Shown here: one piece after another, positions 49,853-63,254 of the stretch
Layout of the letters: each line of letters starts with the position of its first letter
How positions within the stretch are numbered: position 1 is the stretch's first letter
DNA from: the human T2T-CHM13v2.0 reference genome, Homo sapiens
Length of the DNA: 64,000 nucleotides
Assembly: GCF_009914755.1 (NCBI RefSeq)
Contig: NC_060925.1
Direction: 5' to 3' (one strand)
Notes under the pieces: model-generated
Databases searched by the model: none
What the model was told of the DNA's origin: nothing
What the model saw: only the letters and a program-made list of their open reading frames with translations
Made by a program: the position numbers and the translations under genes

Positions 49853-51619
49853 CTGAAATAAGTACAAAGAGCAAGCAAATTTAGTCAGTTTATGCAAAAC
49901 ACAAAATGGCATCTGCCATCTGGAAAAACACACTAAAGCCGTGAGCCGTCAAGCCCCTTTCAAGACTTTGGCATGTAAAATCAACATTTTTTTTTTAAGT
50001 CTGAAAGGTCCATGTGAACTTCCAGCTTCATTAAATGTAATTCACCCTCACCACCCCTCCGATTCCTGTTGTTGACATCCACTCACCCATCACACATAGT
50101 TCCCCATTTAAAAAAAGTAGATAGGTAAGTAGATAGATAGATAGACAGAGTTTTTTACTAAGTGGTGAAAAGGTCTCTGAGAGATGGGCTTACCAACAGA
50201 GGATTTTTAAAGAAGATAATAAAGAAATATCCTTCATAATTACCTTCTTTTTCACATTCAAAATGGTTTAAACAAATAAACTTGCCTTTGTGTTGCCTAT
50301 ATATACTTGGAACCTAGTTTGTCACTGACATTCCAGAGGCCCAAGATTGTGGGTTGATGCTGCTGGTGTCTCTGTGATCACGAACTCCTGATCTTGCCTC
50401 CATCTGCACTAACCTCAAGGAGTTCAAGACAGATGAGAACAGGAAGGGCTACTTAGGTTTTGCCTTAGTGCCAGGCTGGGTAAGCAGGGCATCCAGGCAG
50501 AAATATGTCCAGCAGACAGGAACAAAAATAAGGTAAGATGCTGTCAATGCTTCCTTAAGAGTTATGTTTAAATGGGTAGGAATTGAGACCTGAAAAGTCA
50601 CTGATGCAGTGTCAGGGGAAGGCTGATCAAACCAAATGCACTGAGAAGGAACAGAATCACCACTGAGAATGAAGTTATCCATGGTCTTCAAATCAAGGAG
50701 GCTGGGGCACAGTCAGAATCAGCGAACAAGACAAGAACACTGGACCAAAACATAAGGAACAGTAGCTAATGTGCAATAAGGGATTCCCATGGCCTAGCTA
50801 CTTTACATCCGTTAGATCATTGAGTGTCACAAAAATTATAAGAGGAAAGTACTGTGCATATGAGAAAACTGGAGGCCAGAGAGGTTAGGTCAGACTGCGA
50901 GAGGAGGTGTTTAGATTTAAATACAGATAGTCTGTTTTCAGAATCTATCCCTATAACCACCACATTTTACTGCCCAGCATATGTATGTACAGCCCAGACT
51001 AGAAAGATATAGACCATAGGCTGTTTTCTCCTGGTGATAGAATAACAGGTGACTTTTATTTTCTCCAATGTATTACTCTGTATTTCCACATTCTCTATTT
51101 TATAATCAGAACTTTTCAAAGGTTACTGGGATAAGAAACTAAAACTTGCTTAATGGAAAAAAGAACCTGAAACTTGATGAATGAAGACAACGTGGTTTTC
51201 TTAGGAGCAGAAAACCATATAAGGCCAGAGGTTGGTGTCAGGATCTGAATAGTACCTAGGATTGGTCCTGGTGCTGTTCAGATCGGAGTCTGCTGCTGTC
51301 TCTTTCCATGTCAATCCCATTCCAAGGCAGAGGATCTGTTCCCCAGGTCAGATCATTGGGAGTAGGGGAGGGATTGTGGGGGGCCAGGATGAGGAACGAT
51401 TCATTTATCCAGGGCTGATCTGATCGGAGCATCAGATTCTCCACTTCTTTTATTAGTCAGCACAATCTATCTATGTGTATTTGACTGTGACTGGCTCATT
51501 CCATCATCCTCTGCTACAACATTTAGAAGTGCCTGGTGACACTTGCATCAAAACGACTAGTCCTTTGACCATTTCTTTCCCTTTCAGATTCAGGGAGATG
51601 TGCTGAAGTCTTCCAGAAG

Positions 51620-51800
51620 TCAGTATGCTGCTATAATAGAAACAGATATGAGTTTGGAATCCACCAGACCTCACTTAAAACCTTAGCTCTGTCGCTTATC
51701 AGCTGTGTGACTGTGGACAATTTATTTAATCTCTTTGGTCCTCAGTTTCCTCATCTGTAAAATGCAAGATGCTAGGAGGATTGGATTGGCACTATAAATT
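51620..51800 (+). mobile_element. MIR
   Basis: AGCTGTGTGACTGTGGACAATTTATTTAATCTCTTTGGTCCTCAGTTTCCTCATCTGTAAAATG. Confidence 0.88.
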
Positions 51801-54800
51801 GTTGTTGCTATTATTATTATCAGCAACAGTAATAACATTAGATACTATCCCCCATGAGTTGCAGCAGAAGACCCATTCCTGCCACTCCTGGATGGTTGCC
51901 AAGTTGCTGCAGAAAAGATGTGACAATGGACTCCAATATATTATTGAAGTGACATTCTCCAACTCCAGGGCCCGAGGAGCTTGCTGCTATCACAGAAGCT
52001 CCTTTAGGCCAGTCTTTTGAGTGTCACTTACACCAGTTTGGAAGTAATCTGCTTGCTCGCCCTTCCAGCAAAGGATGTCATGATCAGCTAATGGAAAGTG
52101 ACAAGAAGGGATATAATGAATGAGAGGGAGTTAAAGTTTGGGATAAAAAAAGAGCCTTGTTCTTTTGGGGAATGCACAATGCTAAGCATACCATGTTAAA
52201 TCGTGCGTGTCAAATAATGGACTAATTAAGAATCTTCATCCATTTTTTTCACATCTCATTTTTGTTGTCCTTTCAAAGATGTATTTTCAAATTAGCTCTT
52301 AGCTCTTTAAATAAGTACCAACAGGAAATAAAAAGACACCTTGTCTATCAGAGAAGCAAATGATAAACTGAAAAGAAAATACATGGGAAAGAAGATGGAG
52401 GTTTTGTGGGAAATGATGAGAAGTTTTTATCATCATAGCAGCAACTTCTTGAATAATGGAATTTAATAACATATAATAAACTATGATCCAGGAGAACTCT
52501 GATTCAATCCCACTAATTGTTTGAGCCAGTGAAAGGAAGGCAAAGTTTACCATGCCAACACGCTGCTAATGCCACTAAACACTGCAGGGAACAGACAATT
52601 GTTCCCAGCTGCCTACCTCCTCACACAGAGGGGGCACATGGTCCCTGCCCCAAACACCGAGCTGAATCTCCAACTTTCAATGACAATCCTAGTTCTAGGA
52701 CTTTAAAGTCATAGAAATGTAATTTTTGCAATCAACAAACTATTGTATTAAGCAGAGAATGGAGGGGTAACTAGATACAAAGCCCCCAATTAGATTATAA
52801 AGAATAATAACCAATATGCTTTCATGCTAATGCCAAAAAGTACAAAAACCTATTATAAATTTAATTGAGCACATGATCATAAGCACTGTTTTTCTACTTA
52901 CATAGTTTTGCTGTATTAAGGTAGACTACAAATAAAGAAACACTTTTTTTTTCATTGTTATTGAAAAGGGTGCTTTTTTTTCTTTTCACTTTGGATCATT
53001 TGACCAATGTCAAAAAATGGGAAGGTATAATTAAGAAAACAATTATTTTTTCCTGTCTTTACTTAGTTTATATTTAAGTACAAAAATCAAGAAAAAGAAT
53101 TGAGGCAATTATTTGGATAATTCAGGTCTCTCCTAAAAGTTGAGGTTTCTAATGAAAATATATTATTTTTGCCTGAATTATTCAGATAATGCCCTTAGTT
53201 TTCTACTTTATTTTATAGGTGTGGGTCTGTCTATTGATAAAAAAAAAGTCCTTTGTAATAATCTTAAATGATTCTTTAGGTTTTTATAACAATTAAATAT
53301 ATAGGGGTTTTGGTACATAAATCTTATATACCTCAGGAATAAACCATCTAAAATTCTACAGAACATTTTGCAAAGCAGCTATTTAAATTACTAAACCAAA
53401 ATAACAACAACAACAACAACAAAAAACAAGAGTAAGTATTAACTTTTCTCTCCCAAAAGAGTTCATGAAACCTTAATGATTACATTTGGCGGTAGAAGGA
53501 GGAGTGAAATACCTTTGTAAACTGATAGCCTAAAAACAGGAAAATTAGTATTGTGCCACGGCTATGAGCAGCTAATAAAGAGAACATGGTTAAAAGAGAT
53601 TAAGGTTCAAATTAAGGTCAGAAAAGAGACTGATTGAGGAAAACTGCCATGTTCCATTGCATGGCAGTTTAAGCGAGACAGTTTCCCCCTGAATCAGCCT
53701 TAGGTTGAAAAATTACACTGTTGGGGTTAATAAAGAGGCTGGGCATTTGTTTGGACTGAGACTTCAATTAAAATGTTATTTGGGGTAGCCAGAGTTAATG
53801 TCTTGCTTAGAGGTAAACTGAACTGCCTTTTAAGAGGATGAAAAAAAAAAGGAGATGAAGAAGAATAAAAAAGACCACCTAATCTGTCAAAGACCCTGAA
53901 TAACTGGCAGAAAGAATTGTGTTTGCTGGACCTGTGCCCAACTCAGCAGTAAGCATTCTTAAAGGTTTTGTGACATCATCTGAGGCAGCTGAGGTTTTCT
54001 GAGTTTTTGATTGTTGCACTGGGTGAAGAATCTAGTGTTCAGCTGAGCCTTTTTGAGACAAAGAAAAAAATCTGGTTGGTATAATATGCCAAGTTTGGGC
54101 TATTTTTTTTAATGCCACAAAAGGGGTGGGACCAAGAATTCTGGGTCTTAGTCTCATGACTCCTCCCCAAAGACAAAAATTGATGGATACAGTTAATTGA
54201 ATTTCTCAGTCCATACCAATTTGCCCACAGTTAGACAAAAGCCACCAAAGTTTGCTTTCATTTCACTTCTTTAGGGTGAAATAAGTTCCTCTTCCTCTAC
54301 ATTCACTCCTATATTCCATAGAGATTCATTCAGCATGTTTACTCTGGCCAGCATCAAGCATATTTTGGTCAACAAAACACACACATTTCCCAAATTGTAT
54401 AGGGCTTATACTTTGAGGAAAGGAGGAGCTGCTGATAAGTTATATATATATTTACAAACTGCTAACATTAAAAAGAAACAACGTGGTGATGGAGATAGAT
54501 TCCAATTCTTTTCAGTATTTTTCTTAACCAATCCCACGAGCAGCAACCTGAAGACCTCATTACAACGGCATGGGGTGGCTAAGGCAGCTGGTTAATGGCA
54601 GATACAAAATAGGTGATTTTCTGTTGGGGAGTTGAATTTGGGATCTGGTCATGGAGATAAAGAGAATCAACAGAAAGAGAGGTGGGACAGCCCCAAATAG
54701 TGTGGATAAGAATGAAAATTAACTTAAGAATATGGAGGTGATGGGCTTTTTTTTGCCCAAAGAGTGATACAACAGAGCAATGGACTGATAGCTATAGAAG

Positions 54801-55089
54801 TGCCAAACCAGAAAAGGTCTCTGGGCTAGGGAAAGAGACTATCTCATCGAAGAAGCAGGACCAGATAACAGCACACAGAGGGGTGCTAGGGTCCAGAGAA
54901 GAGGAAAAGAACCATTCTTGTCCCTTGTTTCCCTCATGCTGTTCAGTTTTCTAACAAAGTCTAGAAAACGAACACCGTTTGGCTTGATCTCCATTCCAAT
55001 TGGCCCCAAGTCCAGTTTTTTATTCCACTAAAGAAGATGTTTATGAAAGCATAAGTCCCCTTCTCCCAATTTCACCAAAATTAAAAAAA

Positions 55090-55580
<491 letters not shown>

Positions 55581-55889
55581 TATAAATAGAAAGGAATTAG
55601 AACACCAATTCTTTAAAGCATAAATATTTCATTCACCAACCAGTTGTGATTTTGCCCATGGCAATTAAGAAAATATGCAATATTACCACTGGACAGGTGT
55701 GAATGCAATCAACTTTAGCAGAGAATCGAGGTGGATAATTCATATTAGATACAGAATTAATGCACAGACTACATTTTCCCAGATGTAATTAAGGAACTTG
55801 GGGAGAAAGAAGCACAATTATATAATCCAGTTAGCCCTATTCACATCTCTTTTACTCCTTCAGGTCTACTGGCACCAATGTGATTCTCA

Positions 55890-56610
55890 CTCAGCAAATA
55901 TTTGTCAGGCACTTTCCAGATACAGGGCACCGTGCTAGGTAATGGGAATTCTACACAGAACAACCTTCTCTCTGAACATCCTCAACTCATCTTCAGTCCT
56001 CTCTGTGCCCTTACCCAGCTTGGCTTTTCTCCAAAGTATTTATCACTACCTAACATCATATCATATCTGTATTTGTTTTTTATTCATTGCATCACTTACT
56101 AAAATACTAGTTCCATGAAGCAGGGACTTTGACTGTCTTCCTGTGTGGTGTACCCAACATTTAGGCCACATTAAGAGCTCGAAGAATGCTGTTGAATAAA
56201 TAAGGCTTATGTCCAAAGAGACTATTCATTTCCATTAGAGAAAGTAGAATAAAATAAAACTATAGTTATGAGCATGTATAATTAGGGTTTCTAACCTAGG
56301 AAATGAGGGAGGTCTTTCCTGAACAAATGGCTTTTAAGTTGGACCCTGAATAATGAGGAAGAGCTTGTCTAGAGAGGGGGTTAGGAGGCCTTTCAAGGAG
56401 AGGCACCAGCATGTATAATGGTATTTGTGGGGTTGAAATAAAGGGGAAAAGACCAGTGATGTGGAATCATGGTGAGGAAAGGGGGAGTCAAGAGATGAGG
56501 CAGAAGCCATGGACAAGAGCCAGATTATCCAAAATCTTGTAGGACACGTTCAAAATTGTAGACTTACTCCAAGAGCAATATGGAGAGTTTTAAGCAGTGA
56601 TATGACCAAA
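55890..56610. mobile_element. L2 fragments in both orientations
   Basis: CAGCAAATATTTG; TAGTTCCATGAAGCAGGGACTTTG...GTTGAATAAATAA; GGACAAGAGCCAGATTATCC...GAGTTTTAAGCAG. Confidence 0.6.
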
Positions 56611-57249
56611 GTTCTTAATTCATGAATCTCTCTGCCAAGCACAAAAGGAAGCATTTTCATGTAAGCATTCTGAAATTGGGCATGAGAAGCTGCTGGAATA
56701 TTTCAGAACATACAGAAGTAGAAAAACTTAACCATATTTATTGAGTATCAGCCAGAAGCACCTGATTATAATAGGCAATGTGGGGAGGGTGGTGACCACA
56801 AAAAGTTGGCAGCCTTTGTTCCTGAAGAGAATGTAGTCTAGCCAGCCCACTACCAAAAGGCAATACACACCCATGGAAAAGTTAGAGGAAACCAAGAAAC
56901 CACAGATGAACTGACTCACTGTCTCTTTCCTGACTGCCTGAAGGCCATTACTGCCACAAAAGGCCCTTCCTAGTGTGGCAGGACACTTTGCTGCCTCTGC
57001 CTCCACCAGGCCTCTCCTGGTTTTCTGAATTCCAGCAGCAAGAGGCCACCCCAGGCCCCCCAAACATGGGACAGATATCCCCCATGCCATTGCACGAGCT
57101 GCCCGTCACTCTATCCCTCTTCACGCTCACGGTTGGTCTCCTGCCCAGGACCTAGGAGAACATGACACGTGCCAGGTGCCCAAAAAGTATTTGTTGAATA
57201 AATCTTAGGGATTGAGCTAAAATGTCACCCTTATTCCACCTTTCTAGTA

Positions 57250-57430
57250 CACACTTCCTGAGTGCCTGCTTTGTGCTAGGCACAGTGTTGAGGCCTTTCC
57301 ATGCATTCTCATTTCATCTTCACAACAATCTCATAAGGCAGATATTGTTACTATCCCCCATGTACAGACAAGACAAGCAAACTAAGGCTCAGAGAGGTAC
57401 AGGGGCTTGCTTAAGAGTTCTCTTACCTTG
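57250..57430 (-). mobile_element. MIR
   Basis: TGAGTGCCTGCTTTGTGCTAGGCAC...CTCATTTCATCTTCACAACAATC...AACTAAGGCTCAGAGAGG. Confidence 0.8.
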
Positions 57431-57789
57431 CAACAGGGACATAAACCCACTTCTGCTCCTCTCCTAAGCCCCCAGTGTGACTAATTACTTGCTTATGTTC
57501 ACCTCCTTCTTGAAGGCTTCACTGATACACCAAACTACCATGAAGACAAGCCTCCGGACTCCTAAAGTATTTTGTGCCAATGTGTGTCCATAGCCATCCT
57601 ACCTAATTTCTTCCTGGCACTGTTAGTGTCTCTGGTGGGTCTTGGTATCATCAGTGTTGAGTACAGTATTTGGCCCTTGGTAGAAGTGTAAATTAATATT
57701 TTTCAAAGAATAAGTGAATAAAGAAATCAGCTCAAGGCAATCTAATATAAACTCTAAATGTGCCCTTTAAGAAAACTAATAAAGAAAAC

Positions 57790-58125
<336 letters not shown>

Positions 58126-60387
58126 TGAATCCAACAGATAGAGTATGATCATGCCCATTAACAAGAATTCTAGAGTCCTTATCCTTTCCCTTATCTCCAC
58201 CCATTACAGTGTTCCTTTAAAGAATGGTTTATCTGGTAAATTGAATATTTGTTTTATTTTCAAAATTAAAGATGCCAAATTGTACCATTGCATAAAGGGA
58301 GAAAAGGGAATCATGAAGACATTTATAAGACTATTCATGAGTCATGGGTCTATGCACAAGCCTAGAGGACATGCAGTTGAGGAGCATGTAGGAAAGAAAC
58401 TGTTCACTGCCAACTGTTCTCCTAAGAAGAATATGAGAGGTAATGCTTTTTAAACTTGAAATATACTTCTCAGGAATATGTAACACAGACATACAAAAGG
58501 TGAAATACTACAAACTAACCACTCTACAGAAATTGTCATCTCCCAGATGAGATTACTACACTAGACACAACATGTTTATTGGCTCACAAAAGACATGTCA
58601 CCTAACAATTCATAGTAGGGAGTCTGAGGAAAATAACTCACCCATTGTGAAGTCAATGTTCAGATCAATATCCCTTGGGGAGAAAAATATTGCTCATTGA
58701 TAGAGATTGATTTTTCTTTTCCTTAAGAAAACTCCTGAGGGGTAAACAATATTCTTTTTTTCATAGTGAATGTAACTAAACAAGGCAATGTCAAGGTCTA
58801 CATTTTCCTAGCCTCATTAGCATGATACTCAAAAATCATGAGTGTAATTATACGTGCCTTTTGACCTACTGAAAAATAGATACCAGTTCAATTTTTTTAA
58901 ATTTCTTTTTAATATCCAAGCAATGGGACTTCAAAGACAACTTGATGTATGTTCTCTGCTTTACTAAACAGCACTATTATAAGTGAGATGCTTTTTGTTA
59001 CTTTAAGACAATTTTAAAAATTATGTATAAACTAAAAAAAACTGGATCTTATATTTTTTAACCTATGAATTTTGAAAATGTTCTTCCTGCCTTCACCTTA
59101 CTTTTCCACTCCCATTTGTGCCCCTAAACAATTAAAAAGCATACAGAAGCCTTGGATCTTACATTTTCCAAAGGCCTTCACAAAAGCAAGATGTTTTCAT
59201 GGGCAGATGGAAAAGAAGGCTGAATGAATTCATTTTATATTTAGCATGTTGGTTCAGACTGGTGAATATTTAGATTTATTTACAAGGCTACAGTAGATTA
59301 TAGTGTTCAATACATAGACTGTCTTCTTAGGCCACATGTGTGACCAAAAGAAATCTTGCCTTCTACCCTTTGAAACTCAAAAGTTGCATAAGAAAGGACA
59401 GATGGATGATTTGGGGAAAAAAGAAATGTCATTCAATTAATGTTTGTTGAAAAGGGTGTCACAGATCATTGGCAGAATTTCCACTCATTGGCAACTCCCC
59501 GAAGCAGCCAAAGATTAATTGAACACCCAGACTACTGGGTTCTATGAGGAGAGGAGAACAACAGTGTGTTGGTGATTACAGAGGCTGAGATGTGGAACCA
59601 ACAGAAGTATAGCTGAATGAACCATCTTCCACATGCAGGAAGAGTGCCCCCACAGCCAAACGATCTTTGTTCTTTAGTCCTGGGATAGAGATGGATTCAT
59701 ATCATACCACACTCTTGTACTCTATTTCTCTTTCTAAAAGAATGTCTTTTTCAAGTGATTTAAACATAAGATTAGGAGCAAAGTTCATTGATTGTCATAG
59801 GGTCATGACCTACAACTTGACCTTAGGAAACACTTAAACCACACTGATTATACAGATTTTTCTCATCTAATGGTATAATATCTATAACTACATGCATCTG
59901 GTAACATACTAAATGCTGTCTAGAACAACAAAGCAAAGCAAACCAAAAGCCCACAATTTAAATTAAAAAAAAAAAAAAGATCTAAGCCCACCTTCGTAAA
60001 CATGTGCTTCTGTAAGAAGTTAAAAAAAAAAAAGAAAGAAAAGGAAAAGAAAAAAGATCCACCAGAAGTACCAAAATCAAATATTTATTAGTCTTTTAAT
60101 TTTCTACTTATTTGAAATTCAAAAATAATTTTCATGCTTTGATAGGAATGTGCGGTTGTTTATCATTTCAAAAGCACTTCTCCTTTTATCACGAATCGAA
60201 GAAGAACTAACATTGAGAAACAAGGAACCAGAATATTTAGAGATGCTGGGAATAAACTACAAACTAACATGGTCAAGGGAGAGAAAATATGATCCTCTCA
60301 GAAGAATAATGTAACAACAATCAGAGCACATCTGGGATTTGATTCAAACCAACCTGGAACCAGATTGGATCTCCAAGCTGTTCTGTG

Positions 60388-60390
<3 letters not shown>

Positions 60391-60434
<44 letters not shown>

Positions 60435-60438
60435 ACAC
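60391..60438 (+). repeat. (AC)19 AG (AC)4 microsatellite
   Basis: Seen directly. Confidence 0.95.
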
Positions 60439-61479
60439 GCTGAGATTTCCAAAAGTGAAATTTCCAGAAGTTATCCTACAGAGTTAACCCCAGAAAGGAC
60501 TTCACTGGCAGACACAGGCATAACTTTACTCCTTTTGTGATGACCCATGAGTGGGGTCTATGGCAGTCTGAATAGATGGGCCTTTCTGTTGAAAGATTCT
60601 GCCTAATCCTTCCCACCAAAGCAGGGTTCTAAAGGTGTCAGCAGGATTTGGCTGACTGGATCGTTAATGGAGCTATGGTTAATTATTGACTGATTAGGGA
60701 TTTACCTTATCTTTCCGTCAGGAGCTGGCTCAAGACTTAACGGTAAGCAATTTAGAGCCAGGGTGAACCTACACACATGCCTTTTTCTTCTTTTCCTTTG
60801 GGTCACTTTAGCTTGCCCCTCCCCATAATTCACATTCAGGACAGAATGGCCAGTCCTTACAAGGCGTGGGAGTCCTCAAGAGCACCGAAAATGAGAGGGG
60901 CCAGGTCCACGTGACAAGTGTCCAGAGACAGAGGCTTAGAGAAATGTGCCTTTTGCAAAACAGTGTTTATGTGTAAAGGTTTTCCAGTTAAGTCCCTGGG
61001 AGAAAAAAAAAAAAAGCACTTGCTTTTTGTCTCTAAAAGGTCTGGTGATGCCCGTGGGTGAGAATCCACCCCGCACTCCCCAAGGCCCCTTGGCAAAGCC
61101 AGGGAATGAGTACAGGCAGCTCAGGCCCAGCTGCCCCAGATAAGAGGTGGCCCGTGTTAATGCACAGGCTTCCTCTGCACCTCAGCAGGGCCTTCCTTTT
61201 CTAAACAGTCTCCCTTTAATGTTGGCGAATGTTGTTTTTCCATTGACTCAACATCTCGCCTGGTGGTAAGCCAGTGAGGAAAGTTGCAGCGGGGGAGGGG
61301 GAAAGTGGGAGAGAGTGATGCCAAAGCAAAAGAGCGGGACGGTCAGCCAGGTTTCCAAACAAGCTAGACACCTGCTTTGGAAAGACAGTGACCAAGCCTA
61401 GACTTCTGGCTTCCTCTTCACTTTGATCAGCCTTTTGTTCCCTGCGGGTCTGTGATGGGCTCCCTGCCCCTCCCCTCAC

Positions 61480-61562
61480 CACTGCCCCCTTCACTGGGAG
61501 CTACTTCAACTTAGAAACCATCAAAAATTCATAGCTTTTCTCTATGAATGTAACTGTCTTAT
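61480..61562 (-). other. Exon-like unit, 83 nt (5'UTR- or lncRNA-type)
   Basis: Acceptor AATAACTGTTTTCCCTTTTCTTCAG|A; donor GTG|GTGAGG followed by G-runs. Confidence 0.4.
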
Positions 61563-61565
61563 CTG

Positions 61566-61810
61566 AAGAAAAGGGAAAACAGTTATTGGAATGCATGAAA
61601 GAAGAGAAAGGAATTCTAAGGAAGAGAAGATGGAAGGAAAGTAAGTGAGAAGAGGAAAATTGGAGAGAAAAATAAAGAAAGGGGAAAAGAGAATAGAGGA
61701 ATAGAAATTAAAGGCAAAAAGAAAAGAATAAAAGGATAGAACAAAAAATAAAGAAAAGGGAGGAGGGCAAAGGAGAAGGACGGCAGAAAAGTGAAATCCA
61801 AAAAGGGAGC
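61566..61810 (+). repeat. Long polypurine/polypyrimidine tract
   Basis: About 245 bp dominated by A and G on the + strand. Confidence 0.85.
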
Positions 61811-62534
61811 TTTTCTCCCAGAAGCTCAGTTTCTCAAGCCACAGGACCGTTCCGGGGCTGAGTATGAAGAACAAGGGCTTCTCTGGGCTACCCCAGGTCA
61901 AGGGGCATTTTCAAAACCAAATCTTGATTAGAGCCAGCTAAATGTTTTGACTTGAAGGAGACACTGAGGATTATAAAGCAAAATAGAGCAGCATGAGTAA
62001 GAAAGAAACAGGAAAAGAAAGAAAATTTTTTTACAAAAACTCATGGGGACACAAAGGGAATGATAGAAAACACTTCTGAATCAGCTAGTCATCTACTAAC
62101 AAGCTGTAAAGATCTCCAATGACAAGTTGTCACATTAGTTTAGTGAAACTGAAGCAGTACTTATCCCCTTTCCTGTGCTTAATCTCTCCCTGCGTGCCAC
62201 AAAAACATGCTACCACGTTTAATAGGATTAGTTTCGTTCACTTTCTCCCCCCACCCCTTTTATTTTTTACAATTCTATTTTCAGCAATACAGGGATCCTT
62301 GAATTCATCGACTTCCTGTGGTGCACAGTAAACCTGGCATACATGATTTTTACCCTTTAAATACTTTATTTTGAATGTGAAAAATGTAATTTATTTCCTA
62401 TCTTCCCCCCAATAGCCATAGCTTGGGGTGTGGGGGCAGGTGTTGATGGTAAAAGGGTCAAGACAAAAACAGGGTTATGGAAAAGGGCTGACACAGCCCA
62501 ATCCCTGCAGAAGCTACTGCCCTAAGCGAAATTG

Positions 62535-62690
62535 CTCTAGCTCAGACTACAGGCAGACCCGGATTCCAATTCTGGCTGTGCCACTTACTGGCCTTGCGGC
62601 CTTGAGCAAGTGGTGAAGCCTTCCCCAGTCTCAGTTCCCTCATTCAAACATGGCGATAATTCATCTCTTGGCTGTTGGGAGAATTACGCA
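62535..62690 (+). mobile_element. MIR
   Basis: GATTCCAATTCTGGCTGTGCCACTTACTGGCC...GCCTTGAGCAAGT...TCTCAGTTCCCTCAT. Confidence 0.8.
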
Positions 62691-62697
62691 TACTATA

Positions 62698-62867
62698 CTT
62701 TATTTCCCCACTTCTAAGATTCACTTTTTCTCATATCTTATGTTCCTAAAATCAGTGTCTCACAATCCATTGTGCATTTAAGATCCTCGTATTTTCCTTT
62801 TCTCCTAAAGGCCATCTTTAAACGGTGTGTCTTATAATCTACGACATTTTGGAATCAAGAAACGGGA
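62698..62867. mobile_element. MER104-like TcMar-Tc2 MITE
   Basis: TATTTCCCCACTTCTAAGATTCACTTTTT...GGTGTGTCTTATAATC...GGAATCAAGAAACGG. Confidence 0.6.
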
Positions 62868-63254
62868 ATTTTGGGGTGTAAAGCACCTGTCCCAGTCCTG
62901 AGGCGTAGCAGTGCTCAGCAAGTGCTGGGAGTATCCATCGCCGCCCATTTTCACTATGCCTGCTGACTCCTTGCCGCATTCCCACGGAAAGATCACTTTG
63001 GAATAGGAGAGAAGAAGGTGTTGACACTTTTGCCCCTCGTCCAGATCCTTCTAGACTAGAGTTTCTAATTGAGGTTTCCGAGATCTGCCTAAATCAAACA
63101 CCGATCATAACTGCCCATATTGGGTCAGAACCAAAATCCTTCGGTCCACTCTGCTCCCTCAAAGGGTCACCAACTGTCGTGCTTAGCAGTGTCTTGCAAA
63201 CAGTAATTATCCGATGAATTGAATTATTCTGTTTTCTTTGAGTCCACTTTGGGT

